This document shows positions 13,816 through 27,300 of a DNA stretch of 64,000 nt, in pieces. The translations under genes were made by a program, and so were the position numbers. Numbering within the stretch: position 1 is the stretch's first letter; each line of letters opens with the position of its first letter. The notes under the pieces were generated by a model that was given only the letters and a program-made list of their open reading frames with translations, did not search any database and had not been told where the DNA came from. Source of the stretch: Octopus bimaculoides (Eukaryota). Location of the stretch: assembly GCF_001194135.2 (NCBI RefSeq), contig NC_068989.1:88834683-88898682 (forward strand). Reading direction: 5' to 3'.

Positions 13816-14291
13816 TGGCAAAAGTTTATTATTCAAGAGTTGTTGGATGATTGTATACATTTTAGAAATAGACTTCTAATATTTTGAATACTGTCTTTAA
13901 TAAAAATGACTGACTAGATTGCAATAACCCATAAATTTGTATTGGTAACTTACAATAAAACGCAGATTACACATCTAGTCATCTAATGACATTCTACTGT
14001 GATAATTGTTTTTGTTTTTTGACATTTCTATCATTGGATAAAATATTACAAGAAAAAAATTTCATATTCTGTTGCATAGTTTAGGATTTCTTGTTAAACT
14101 TGTTTTAAGATAGACGATCTCAAGTCTGTTAGATTGTTTGACCTTTTCAGATAGGTATTTCAAGGAATTCTCTGAGGAATAAGAAATATGAGGCTCATCG
14201 AGCCACAACTTTGATTTCTTACAAACAATGGATTCTGCTTTTATAGAATTCCCCCCCNNNNNNNNNNAATGCATATTTCCTTGAACTTTGT

Positions 14292-14298
14292 TACTAAC
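14292..14298 (+). promoter_or_regulatory. Perfect TACTAAC branch point upstream of the first coding exon
   Basis: TACTAAC 45 nt upstream of ttgtcttttgCAG (14343), with further acceptors at 14366 and 14369. Confidence 0.55.
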
Positions 14299-14381
14299 TT
14301 CATGTAAAAACTAGTAAATGTTAAATTGTTTTGTCTTTTGCAGATTGACTGCTTGTTTGTTTTCAGCAGAGATCTCCTAAA

Positions 14382-14449
14382 ATGACTGTTGATTATTACA
14401 AAGTACTTGGTGTAAACAACAATGCCACTGATGCTGAAATAAAAAAAGC
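14382..14449 (+). CDS. DNAJB6: DNAJB6-like coding exon 1 ([22 protein letters not shown])
   Basis: ATG at 14382; donor GC|GTAAGT; J-domain helix I motif DYYxVLGV. Confidence 0.95.
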
Positions 14450-17400
14450 GTAAGTATTTTTTTTTTCTCGGATTAACCTTAGTAAAAAAAATTTTTTAAT
14501 GGTTTACATTCATGGTAGAATTTTTTTTACCGAAAGTGCATATCACTCAATTGTTTTCTGTAAAGCTAACTTTACACATATACTGCGATTGCACGTGGCT
14601 AAGTGGTTAGGATGTTGGGCTCACAATCAGGAATTTGATTTTTCAGACCAGGCAATGTCTTTGAACAAAGTGCTTCATTTCACATTGATCCAATTTGGTC
14701 AACTGGAAATGAATACTGCTCTTATACTGGTGCAGCCTTCTTTCTTCCAACTGTCACTTGATGCTCCATTATGTCAACAGGAGGGTACCTGTTTGACAAT
14801 TACATAGGCACCTAAAATTTAGTAAATGCTTGGTACATGCTTCCTCACTTGCCAGCGACAGCTATGGTTGTGTGTGTATGTGTGTATAAAGGTACAGCTG
14901 TATAATTAAACAGTTCAAAATCATATGGTTTTGTTTCTATAGTCACAGGTTAGCTTTGAGTAAGATATGGTAGACAGAAACTATAAAGTACCTACAATAT
15001 GTATCTTGTCTTGACATGCAAATTACTTGTGAAGTCACTGTCATAAAAGTAGTGCCATTTGTGTGCATCCTCCAATCATTTCCAGCTATTGAGCTGCTTG
15101 TTGTTTGAAGTATAACCTTGCTGGGAAGCAGTTATGGTTGACCTCAGCAAGTTTAGTCTGATTCGTGCAAGCATGGAAAAGCAGACGTTAAAAATGATAA
15201 TGAGGATTGTGTTTGGTTTGAAGTCCTTTTCAGGTTCCTTGAGACCATTGTTCACCTTGATAGGAATGGCTGGGCAACATGTAATGGTGACAGTGTGGGA
15301 TGGAAGGAGGTGAGACTAAATCAGAAATGCTGGAGTTCATGTGACACGAGTCGCCAGCTCTGATAAGCAAAGGCCACTATAATAGTTAATAGAAAAGTTG
15401 GACAACTTGTCTGTAAACTAGTGGTTGTAGTGATGGACTTTGACAGTTGGTTTGGTCAAGTGACCTTTCTTTGGATGGAACCTAGATTGTGTCCATGAAA
15501 CATCAGCACGCTTTATAAAATTCTCTGATTAGTAATTGTGAGCCTCCTTGTCTTTACTGTAGCATTTATGAATGAATTTAGTTAATGGAAACCATACAAA
15601 GTTTGTCATGAAATTCTGGTGATTTGATGAGCTTGCTTTCTTTACAAGCATGGATATGTGAATATACAATTGTATTGTATAATGCTAACCATGCATATTA
15701 ATGCATTTCAGCATAATTTCTTCCACACTGAAATTGATACTACATGAAGGTTGTGAAACGGCTGTAATCTTAAAGATGTCACATGGTTAAATGAATATAT
15801 ATTCACTACTTGTACCTCCTAACTCTTTATATACTCCTCATGAAATAATTTCATCAATCAGATCTTCTGGATTTCATCTGCATAGGCGCTCTACATTACT
15901 CTTCTTTATATTAGATTACTATACTTCATAAGTGGAGCTTTGTGATAACCACAGAATTCTCTGAATCCATATCTTATACTTTAAATGTGTGTGTGTGTGT
16001 AAAGGCATGGCTATATGGTTTGCTTTCCAACTACATGGTTCCAAGTTCAATCCTACTGCATGGTACCTAGAGCAATTGTCTTTTGTTTTCGCCTCCAGCC
16101 AGCCAAATCTTTTTGAGTAGATTTGGTAGACAGAAACTGAAAGAAGCCTGTCCTGTGTATATCACTGTCCCCTTCCTTTGACATCACATCATAGTCGTAA
16201 ATGAGTGTTACCATTATATAAGCACTGTCCTCTGTTGCCAACCTTCTATGAAAACCTGTCTAGTTACGGGGAAATATTACCTTACATCTACCATTCCATG
16301 TTCACATGGGCTGGGTGACTATACATGATGATGCTTGCATCTTGTCAAGAGCAGTTGGAAAGTTGTGGATTTTTGATCTTTTCATCTTTTGGGTTTCTTG
16401 AGACGCATTGGTACCTCATGGCTTGTATTCTATCTTTTTAATTACTAAAGAACTTCTTAGTATTTGCACTACAACATTTGAAGTTTCCATAAGATTCCAA
16501 AACAAACTTTACAAGCTCTGTAATTTCATTGCCTGAGAAGAAAAAAAAACATTCACATGTTTTGACCCCTTGTGTAAAAGCAAGTGGCAATGATCTTTAA
16601 GTACAAACTAAAACCGATCTACATGAAGGTTTATTTTAAAATTTACAACTGATTTAGTTCTGCACTGGCTATATGATTTTATCACAACTTTGATTTATGA
16701 AAGATCAATACTTGCCACTTTGAAATTTTATAAAGCTTGGAAAATTTAGAATGCCATCTAGGAAGTTGTGTATATCATTGTGTGTTTTTGTATGTATAGA
16801 AGTATCGAAATATTCATAATTTCAAGTCCATGTTCCATGCTGGCATGGGTGGAACGGTTCAATAGGATTCAGTGAGCCCAAGAACTGCATCATGCTCCAT
16901 TGTCTTTGACAAGGTTTCTACAACTGGATGCTCTTTCAAATGCCAATTACTTTACATGTACTGAGTACTTTTTCTTTCTGTGCCACCACCAGTGGTCACC
17001 ATGCAGTTGAAGATTATGATCCTTAAGGATTCATGGGTTTTTTTTTGGGGTTTTTTCGGTTACTGACCTCAGGCCAAAATGATAACCAAAACTGCAGGTT
17101 GCTGCATAGATTTTTGTCTATTTTTCAACTTGTCCCAAGGAAAAAAAGAACATCACGCATGCATGCACATTTGATAATTAAATCTAGCTCTTCACCACCG
17201 TGGCTATTGGTTGGGATTATTTACTACCTGGTGACAAGTTGAAATGTGACTGTTGCAGTCAATGTTGTATAGCATTGGTGGACATTGATCCTTCTGAGAA
17301 ACAGAAACCAATACCTTAATCATGGCCAACACAGAAAGATGATACAATACTATGAAGTAAGGCTACTTGATTACCCAGATAGAAGTTCAGTGTTAATGCA

Positions 17401-20400
17401 GATAGTGACTACAAGTCACAGCTACTGGTTAACAACAATTCCTAATTTATGATTTTATATAAGTGCATGGAGCTGTAAAAACCATTGGTCAGACAAAATG
17501 AAATGTCTAAATTTGTATTTAAAAAAACCCACCTTTGTGATTAACATGTGTAAAAACTGAATTTGAACTTGCAATTTAGTTCACTAAAAAAAATTCAATT
17601 GAAATTCTCCTTTAATACAAAAGATTTGGAATTGTGAATTACCAAAAAAGTACACACACCAGAAATTACTTTTTCTAAACATAAACTGTTATTTCAAATG
17701 TAGTTTTTAACTTTACAGAAACTTTTTATTGGACATGCATCTTCTCTGCTCAATGAATTTTGGGCTTACATTTAGGATATCCTCAGCTAGTCTTAGGTCT
17801 CTTTAAGCAAGCGAGTGTATGTGCAGCATATGTATAGTCTCTTGTAGGTAGGATTTAATCCTTAATCCCATCACTGTTACCCATCATCCCACTGAGGACA
17901 CTAACTGAATTAATATTTCCAATCCTTTACATTCTTCATTCAGATCTTAGCAGAGCCAACTGTACCTTAATTCTTGATGTTTCTATGGTTTCATATATTT
18001 ACATATAATCATTTGAATGCTTTTAACAATGAAAGAATAGGGTTCCTTTTTTTTTTTCTTTTTTTTTTTAAGGTTGTTTGTAACATGTGGTTGATTCATT
18101 GTTGAATACTTCTTTTTCCAAATAGTTCAGCTGGTTCATAACTTAAAAATTAAAATATATGAATACTAGGGAAGAATAACTTCAATATATTTCTAACTTG
18201 TCACTGATAAAAAGTACATTTTCACATTTTTATGGTTTAGGGTAAAAAACAGATCTGACAACCATAAGTTTTGAATTCAAATCCATGGCAGGTGTTTTAT
18301 TGTATATTTAGTTACATACCTCAGTTCATCTATCACTCAAGAATAGGTATCAGACCATCCAGTAGAGTTACCCGAGACGGATTGCTATCCTATTCAGGAA
18401 GCACTCTGACATCTGTTTAGCATTATCAAAATGCCTAAGCACTGACTATGTGATTAACTTGTGATTTTAAAGTAATTTATTCTTACATGTTTCACTTAAA
18501 CTTTGAAACTTGAGACTTTTTGCTCTCATTGGTTCTCCAATCCTAATTAAGGACTTGAAGTAATGTTTGGATTAGACTTAATTTATGTTAGTTCATTGGA
18601 TCTAAAAAAATACTACTCATCTTCTGCATTGACTGTTTATAGAAAGAGTATATAAAGGTGCTTATTTACCTTTTACAGCAGTATATAGTGTATAAAAATG
18701 GTAACTTTTTACATTAATACATTATATTCTATGAATGAGCACTGGATGGTCATCTATTCCATGACAATGTGGTGGATAAACATAGCTTCTCCATTGATTC
18801 CATCGTTAGGAAATTAATTTTAGAAATTGTGCAAATTATGAAATGTCCATCTTGGTCTTTTACCCAGGCTTGCTGTCATCCGTAAGCAAGGCAGGTTTAA
18901 GATGCAGGTATGTCTAGATGCAATGGATGACCAGGATTTCGGTATCTTGTGCTCTTTGCATTTCACAATCATCATCGTCGTCGTTTAACGTCTGCTTTCC
19001 ATGCTAGCATGGGTTGGACGATTTGACTGAGGACTGGTGGACCAGGAGGTGAAAGCAGGCTCCAATCTGATTTGGCAGAGTTTCTACAGCTGGATGCCCT
19101 TCCTAATGCCAACCAGGCTGAAACTGCTCTTTTGACCTATTGAACCCAGTGTTTTTGTTCACTCAGTCTGTTGCAATTAATTTCCACGTGCTATATCAGG
19201 TGCACCTTAATCCAAAGCCATCGAGAATTTAGGACCCAAAATCTACTCTCACCTAGTTTGCTTATTAAAGTGGTTTTCTGGCTTGGCCACTATACATGCT
19301 GTGGCTTCTTGGAGCCATAACTCAGAGTAGAAGACCAAAGATGGACAGAAAAACTTGCTGCTTCTACCAGAGCTGCTATTCCTCTTTTATACACCCACAT
19401 GAATACTTAATAGTATATAGAAAGGTACTTTTCTATTAAAAAAAAAAAAAAAAAGAAAGAAATATATAGTTTTTGTTCTATGGCTGTTAAATTCTGATCG
19501 TCTCTAGAATTTTCTATTCTTGGTAAACCCTTTTGATACCAACCTGCCCAATACCACCCTTGGTGCTGTCCTGTTGAGCCAGGTTTTCTATGGCTTGATG
19601 CCCAAAATGTTTTTCATGGAAGACTGAAAATAGCTAACATAGCTTATTTGCAACCATTACATGATGTCGAGTCAAGGACGTCTGTGCATGTACGTGCACA
19701 CACACAGCTGGCTTTTAGTTTTTGTCTACCAGACCCACTCACAAGGCTTTAGTCAGCCTGGGGCTGTAGACTTGCCCAAGGTGCCATGCAGTGGAGCTGA
19801 ACTTTCATGATTCAGGAAGCAAGGTGCCTTGCTGTACTCAACACTTGTCCACCACAAAAGATTTGATATCCTAAAATCAGCTCGATAATGCTTGTCCCTG
19901 AGGAGCCCTGTCATTGTCATCCCATCCACCCACACCCCAATACATTTCATCCCCTGAGAGCAGAATATGCACATGCTACACCCACCACCACTGTACGTCT
20001 TTTTCAGTTATGGATTAAGTTAATTTGAAATAAAATATTGGCAGTAATTTTTAAAACGGTGCTTTTGAGAACAGAAATTTTATTTTATGACATTTTTATT
20101 GCAAGGAGTTCTTTGTTTATAATTTAGTCTTTCATTCCCAATGTCATATAAGATAAAGTTGGGATGGAATATGTGACAAACCATTTAACTAAAGAGAAAA
20201 CTCTGCTCTTGTTTGTTAGATAATGTGTGGAGTTAAGGCCTGTAAATGAATAGAGCCTCTTACTTTGATTGAGATAGAAACTAAATCTCTTTCAAATGAC
20301 AGCCTATCATTTGAAAAATGAATGCATATTGGATAAGTCTTCTCTCCATTCAGCATCATTGCTGGTATGAGTTGGATGTTTTGACAGGAGCTGTCAAGTC

Positions 20401-23400
20401 TGGGAGCAACACCAGGTTCGATTGTCTGTTTTAGCATTGTTTCTACAGCTGGGTGCCCTTCTTAACACCAACCACTTTACAAAGTATGTTGGGTGTTTTT
20501 TTTTTTTATGAGGCACTAGCACATTTTTTTTTGGTTGATTCATTCAACTAAAAAAATTCTTCTCGGAGGTGCCCCAGCATGGCCACAACCTGAACTGAAA
20601 CCAGTAAAAGAAAATTTATAGCAGCCTCTGTCTTTCTGCAGTTGTTTAAGAACATCAACTGGTGATTATATATCTAATGTTTGAAATGTTAATATATTTG
20701 CAGCTATCGGAAACTTGCTTTAAAATGGCATCCAGACAAAAATCCTGACAGAAAAGATGAAGCTGAAAGAAAATTCAAAGAAATATCTCAAGCCTATGAA
20801 GTACTTTCTGACAGTAAGTACTCCTTCTTTTTCATGCCATTTCTATCACATTTTGTATCTCTCTCGCTCTCTCTTTCTCTCTATGTACATTTGAGTTTAT
20901 AAATGAGTATCATTTCACCTTTTTAACATCAATGTTAGGTGCGGTGCATCCCTCTCCTCCTCCTCCAAAGGTGGTGTTTTTATATTGAAATGTAAACCTC
21001 AAAAGAATATTTCAGTATTTTCAATTCTCTATTCTCCGTTCTGAAACCTGTCAATGCTGCTTTCAAAATTTTAGATGGTTTTGAAGCTTATTAAGTCTCG
21101 GGTTTGAGGAGTATTTAAAACATGGTATCGATATTAAAATTGAGAGAATTTAATGGAATAAAATCAGTAACTGGATGGAGATAATAATCAGCTCCAGTTT
21201 TTGCAGAGCCAATTGGGTGAAGACCAATTCTTTAAGTACAGGTGTTCAGTTGCTGATTAGCCAGTAATTTCTTTATAATTGGTTTATAGTATATTATTTT
21301 TATCACCTGGTTAACCCAAAGATCATGGTAGTCAAAATTTTACAATATGCTGATCTTTGTTTACCCATAGGTTAAAAAACAGAATATCCAAATATAGAAC
21401 TGACAAAATTGTGGAGTAACATTTATATAGGTTGTCTTGAATATTTATTACCCAACAAAGTTAGACATAACATCTACAAGAAATGAGGCAAAAATCCACA
21501 ATCAACTTGAGTGTGTGTCTATCCAGTTCTTTCTGGTTTCATGTGGCTTGTCTCTATTGTTCTTTATCCAGTCATTTGAAAATTTGTTTTTTCTGTCTGT
21601 CTGTCCCTACAGGTTCTTTACTTTGTCTTTACACTAATTTTTTTGTAAATGGTAAGCTGTTGCTTTGTTTTGGACTAACAGCCTACCATTTCTATAAATT
21701 TGCTCTAGAATTGTTCAAACCTACTTCCTCATCCCTACTATCTTAACTCACCAACCCCATTCTAAAACTTTGTTTAATCCATTCATAATTTTCTAACCAA
21801 GCACATTTTGCAGAAGTTCAAACTGAATACCAAACATCAGCCTTCTGACTTTAAAAGGATCTCTGCTTTTCTTTATATTTCTTTATACAGTTAACTTAGA
21901 ATATTGGGTTATGTATCATTCACAATTTAAAATTTCTCCAGGATGCTTCTCAGTAAAAAAAAAAAGAAAAGAAAAAATGAATTTTATTTAAATAAAATGT
22001 ATCTACTACTTTCATAGGAGCTGAGGGCCATTATGGAAGATGGAGACAAATGGGTAAAACGTGTGGAAACAGTAGGGGCATCCTGAGGGATGACCTAGAT
22101 AGATACTGGTCTAATTTTAAACAATTCTTTGTCATTATATATGAAAGTGATGAGGTAGTTGAATAGAATGCCTTGTATTTAATTACAGCTTGCCATCCTA
22201 AGCTCAGATTCTACCAATATTGACATTGCTTTTTATTTATTTTAGATCAATTAGATCTAATATATTTCTCCACTTTGTGTCAAACTTGCAAATGATTGTT
22301 TCAGCATAGTGAGTTCTTACCAAGCTAACCTCAGTCATTTGTTAAAGTTAACTAAGCTCTTACACTGTTCATGAGAAAGGCCTAATTGTCAGAGGATATC
22401 ATTTCTGTCACAAGAAAATTTGGTCATTTGCTTAACTGACAGTTATTTTCGCAAGTAGAACTGACAGGCAAGATACTCCAATTTTCACCCAGCCCAAATC
22501 TCACTTGAGTTGATTTTTGTTTTGCATCTTGCTCAACATTGAATTGGATTACAGAATATTTCTACTACCAAATTGATCAGTCAACCATCCTCAGAAATTT
22601 AAGGCCATCTGCCAATATACAAAATAAGGGTTGAGAGGTAAATATAGTTGGATACCAGGCTAAATGCTTTGTGTTAAGTATATTCCTCTACAGACTAATT
22701 TTACATGGTTTCTTTTTGGTTCTCGCGTAAGTACCAGTAATATAATTTGACTCACTTGTATTAAATTTGACATTATTGCTGGTAGAAATAAAATTCAAAA
22801 TAACTAATAGTTTAGCTTGTGAGGGCAGCTTGAAATAGATTTGTGCAATAATTGTGTAGGTTAATTCTAGAAATTTTGACATACATGGTTTTTATTTTAT
22901 ATCGACCAATGTGAAGTGTTTGTGTGTGTGTTCCCTATTGTATGATACAGATAGCTGGTTTAACTCCTTACCATATTTTATTTACATATGGCTGGGGTTT
23001 TTTTCAACCTTTTCTACGTCTATAACATTCATGTCTATAACTATCTCTAAGCTCTCATGGCTTTTATTTTTCAGAACAAAAGAGAGATGTCTACGATCGC
23101 TATGGACTTGAAGGCCTCACAGGAATGCACACCGATGGTCACCCTGGTTCTGGATTTGAATTTAGCTTTGGTTACCCTGCTTTCCACTTTAGGGATCCTG
23201 AAGAAGTGTTTAGGGAATTCTTTGGAGGAAGAGATCCTTTCGCAGAATTCTTCTCAGGTATGGTAGGGGAAATAACCCACGATTTTCTTCCTGGTGTCAC
23301 CTGAATCGATCCCAACCTTTTGTATAACTTTGAATCCTTTTTCCCGTCAATCAATTACATAATTGTCCTGTTGTGTACATTCAAGTCACATAGAGGTCTT

Positions 23401-24259
23401 ATGAAATAGAAATCCTTTCAGCATGTTGACAACTCTGCTGCATAAATTTTCTTTTCAAAGAACTGTTAAGCTTAAGTTACATCATTCTGCTCCCATTTGG
23501 CCTTGATCAAGCCAATGTCTTTAGTACTGCACTATCTAATCTATCTTAAGACAATATGTTGCATTTTGAAGATTGATTTAGCATCTATATCTAGCAGGTT
23601 ATGTAACCATATAGAAACTATTTTATTGACTCGATTTTTTTTTATTTTATTTTTTTATTATTATTAGGTTGGCACTCGTGATGTAAGACTAGCTTTTTCA
23701 TGCTGCTAAAGTTATTTCTGATTATTTTCATTTAAGCAAATAGGATTGTCTTGACAATTTGATATTCCTGTTTTGAATCCATTACATATCAGAATTGAAG
23801 TGAGAAAAAATTTAATGCAAACATGAATTATACATTTCAAAATTCTTTGAAAGATCTTCTCCTTGCATGCCAGCTTAAGTAAATATCTTAACTGCCAAAG
23901 TCTTGGTGATACAGTCCTATTTATATAAGTGTCATGAAGGTGTACAATTCATTAAAAAGTGAATGTTTGATTAGCTTGCAGTGTTATGCTCCAATACTGT
24001 TGTAAAACTTGCAATAGACTGCTGCCTTATCCAGGACAAGGCTGTCTCGTAACTGTTTACTGCTATGAAAACTGGAATATGCTCTTGGTAGCTATGGTGG
24101 ATAAGAGATTTTTTTTTTTTTTATAAAGCTTTTGGCTACAAATACATTTTGCTGTATTTCTATGGAGTATGCCATTCTAGAATTTCTGCTCTTTTTACTA
24201 AGCTTATTTCCTAAAGTTTCATAAACTTGTCGATTTGCCTGTCTTTTTTTTTTTTAATA

Positions 24260-24343
<84 letters not shown>

Positions 24344-27300
24344 CATACACACACACACAAAGTATTCTGCATGTTTTTTCTCCTATGATGAAAATGGCAT
24401 CCTTCATTCACAATGAAGAGGTTCTAGTTAGATGAGTCTTTTGGTAGGAATTTGTAAGAATACTGCTTGTTGTGGTTAGGTTGTTCACGTCTCAACGAAG
24501 CCACTCATTGCTTTCATGTGTTCATTTCAACCTCACCCGACCTGCTACAAAGCCAGCGGTTGACTTCACCACCATATTCAACAGTAACAACTTACTGACC
24601 AAAAGCCTGCTACTAATATCAATAAATTCAGAAAGTGTCAGTGGATCATAGTATTATTCTATTGGTTCTAGGCGGTCGAACATGCAGAATTCAACCAAAC
24701 GATAGAATGTTTCAACATTCTTTTCCAGGCTTTCCTAGTCCATCCCTTTTTGACCCATTCCTTGATGAGTCTGTCTTCAATGCTGGCCCAAGGTAAGTTG
24801 AGAATTTTTTATTATTGTTAGCAGACAAAGCACTGGGATGGGTAAATTCTCTCTTCAGTTAATGAAACTAGAATCTGCTTCACCTGCAGATTGTTGGTGT
24901 TTTTTTTTCTTCTTCCCCTTCTCTCAATGTCTTGCATGATATTTTTGCACTCGAACTTCCAACTACTGCTCATTCATTAATACCAAATAACAATTTATTA
25001 AAATATTTTGAAACTGTTTTTTGAGATGTGCAAACAGGTTGGTTGTTTTTGTTAACTTTAAAACACCATACCAAGTAAATAGTTGGCCTCTTAAACTTCC
25101 ACATTATATAAGAGACACTAAATCATTAATTAGAAGAAATTAGATGTCCAGCCTCTGTTGTTCGCTTGATTTCTAACTGGGATCATCTTGGTATTGATGT
25201 TGCAAATTTGTATCTACTCTCCTTGAAATTAATAGAATTATTTTAACTAATTCTCTGCACTATTGATTGTGCAATGAAAACCATTGTTTCCAATATAAAA
25301 ATGTATAATTCATACATGTTTATTTAATTTTTATATATTAAATATTCTCACTTAACCAAGAACATACTCTCCAGTTTGCACATCTAGAATATATTTTCAT
25401 TTTTCATTAAACTTCTTATTGTGTTGATTTCTCGTTTACTTCTTTTAAATGTTCATCTTATTTGTTCACCTGCCTGTTACAGAAGTTAATGTAATTTGAC
25501 TTGGTAGAAGATTCAGTTTTAGGAGTGCAATGTTCGAAGAAAAACTAAAATTTTGATTCAAACCTGATGGTTGTTTCTTGTGTAGCCACAGTATCTGTGT
25601 CTCTGTTTATAGTGAATTAATTCATTAACATTTGGAAGAACAGCTCAATAATATCTATTCTGAGGATATGTGATGAAATTTTCTTTGCAACCACACGGTT
25701 TCTGTTTTGAACCCACTATGTGGTATCTCATGCAAGTAATAACAAAAGCTTTGTGAATGAAATTTGGCAGATAAAATCTTTTTTTGGAACCCATTAGATG
25801 TGAATCAGCATAGAATGACTTAAATTGCTGGATTGAAAAATGTTAACTAGTATCGTCCATTACCCATTTTACATCTTGAATCTCACTGTTTACATCTGAC
25901 ATCTCAATATGAAATGTAACAAAAATCAGTGCTGGTTATAATTTCTATAGAATATCTGTAGAAATAATCTTAACAAAATAATGTGAAGAGCACTGCTAAC
26001 AGAAGTAGAACATGGTATGGACTTATAGAAACATTTAGTATACTTTATAGTATAGTTTGGTTTCATAACGAAATACCACTTACCTACAAATCATTAGTAT
26101 TTACATACCAGCTTCCAGGAATGCATTTAATATTTGAATTGATATATCCAATAACTTTACATTGCTATGTGTGGTGGCTATTTAAGCAATCTGTTCGAGA
26201 ATGATTAAGGGTCAGATGGGTGCTGATGAAGAGGCAAAACCCCATTGCAAAATATGGCATATACACCCATTGTCCATTTTTAATCTTCAGTCAGATTGTT
26301 TACATCTGATATCTTGTATATGAAATGTTATAGCAAAAATCGGTGCTGGCTATAATTTCTTAACCTTAACAAAATAGTTCTGTTTGTCCCTTATGTAATC
26401 AGAAAACAATTGCCAAAAGTACTGGGGTCAGCAAAGATGTTTTAAAGATGCTACCTCAGCATGGCTGCATTCCAATGAGTGAAGCTTGAATTTTCAAATG
26501 GCTCTACTAAGTAACAGTATTAGTAGCAGTATTTTAATAGCAAATAGTTGACGTTTGACTCAACTCAATAAGGCTACCATTTAAAATATAGTAATAACTT
26601 TTCTGTTAGTGTGTGACCACAGATATGGGATGCTTAGTAAGATTACTGCAACCAGTCATCATCATCATCATCATCATCATCGTTTAACGTCCGCTTTCCA
26701 TGCTAGCATGGGTTGGACGATTTGACTGAGGACTGGTGAACCAGATGGCTGCACCAGGCTCCAATCTGATCTGGCAGAGTTTCTACAGCTGGATGCCCTT
26801 TCTAACGCCAACCACTCCGAGAGTGTAGTGGGTGATTTTTTTTTCAAATATTAACATCTGTCCGGATGTACAAGTGTAGCTTATCCAATTAAATTCATTA
26901 ATCAGCATTTAGTCAAGGATTTTTTAAATTACATGGACATGTTGCCATATTTATAGCAAAGTTATGAAATTGATGGCTTTCAAAAGCAATAGGCTAAATA
27001 TGGTTTCATTCTGTGAGAGTGAGGGTTTGATTTTACAGAGACTTTAGTGCAGCATTGCAGAATCCTAATTTTATAATTCAGAAATATTTTTAGTTTTAGA
27101 ATACATTACTTTTAAACTTGAATTTCGGGTTAACATCAAATTTGTTTTTTTAAATTTTATAATTGCTCTTAGAAAGCTTGTTTCATTTAATCCAGTTGTA
27201 ATCTAATTATCTCATTAATGTCTTATATAGTATGTTTTTTTTTAGTTTAATTATAGTTTCCACCCACCCATTTATACAATATTCCTTATTCAGAAATCAC

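Noticed and set aside
1-14381. Promoter or heat-shock element array for the DNAJB6-like gene
   Set aside because: No CpG-rich island or clear nGAAn array seen; the region looks like methylated intron.
26205-26250. CTGATGA followed by gaggcaaaacccc, a possible hammerhead
   Set aside because: No GAAA box and no convincing stem II.
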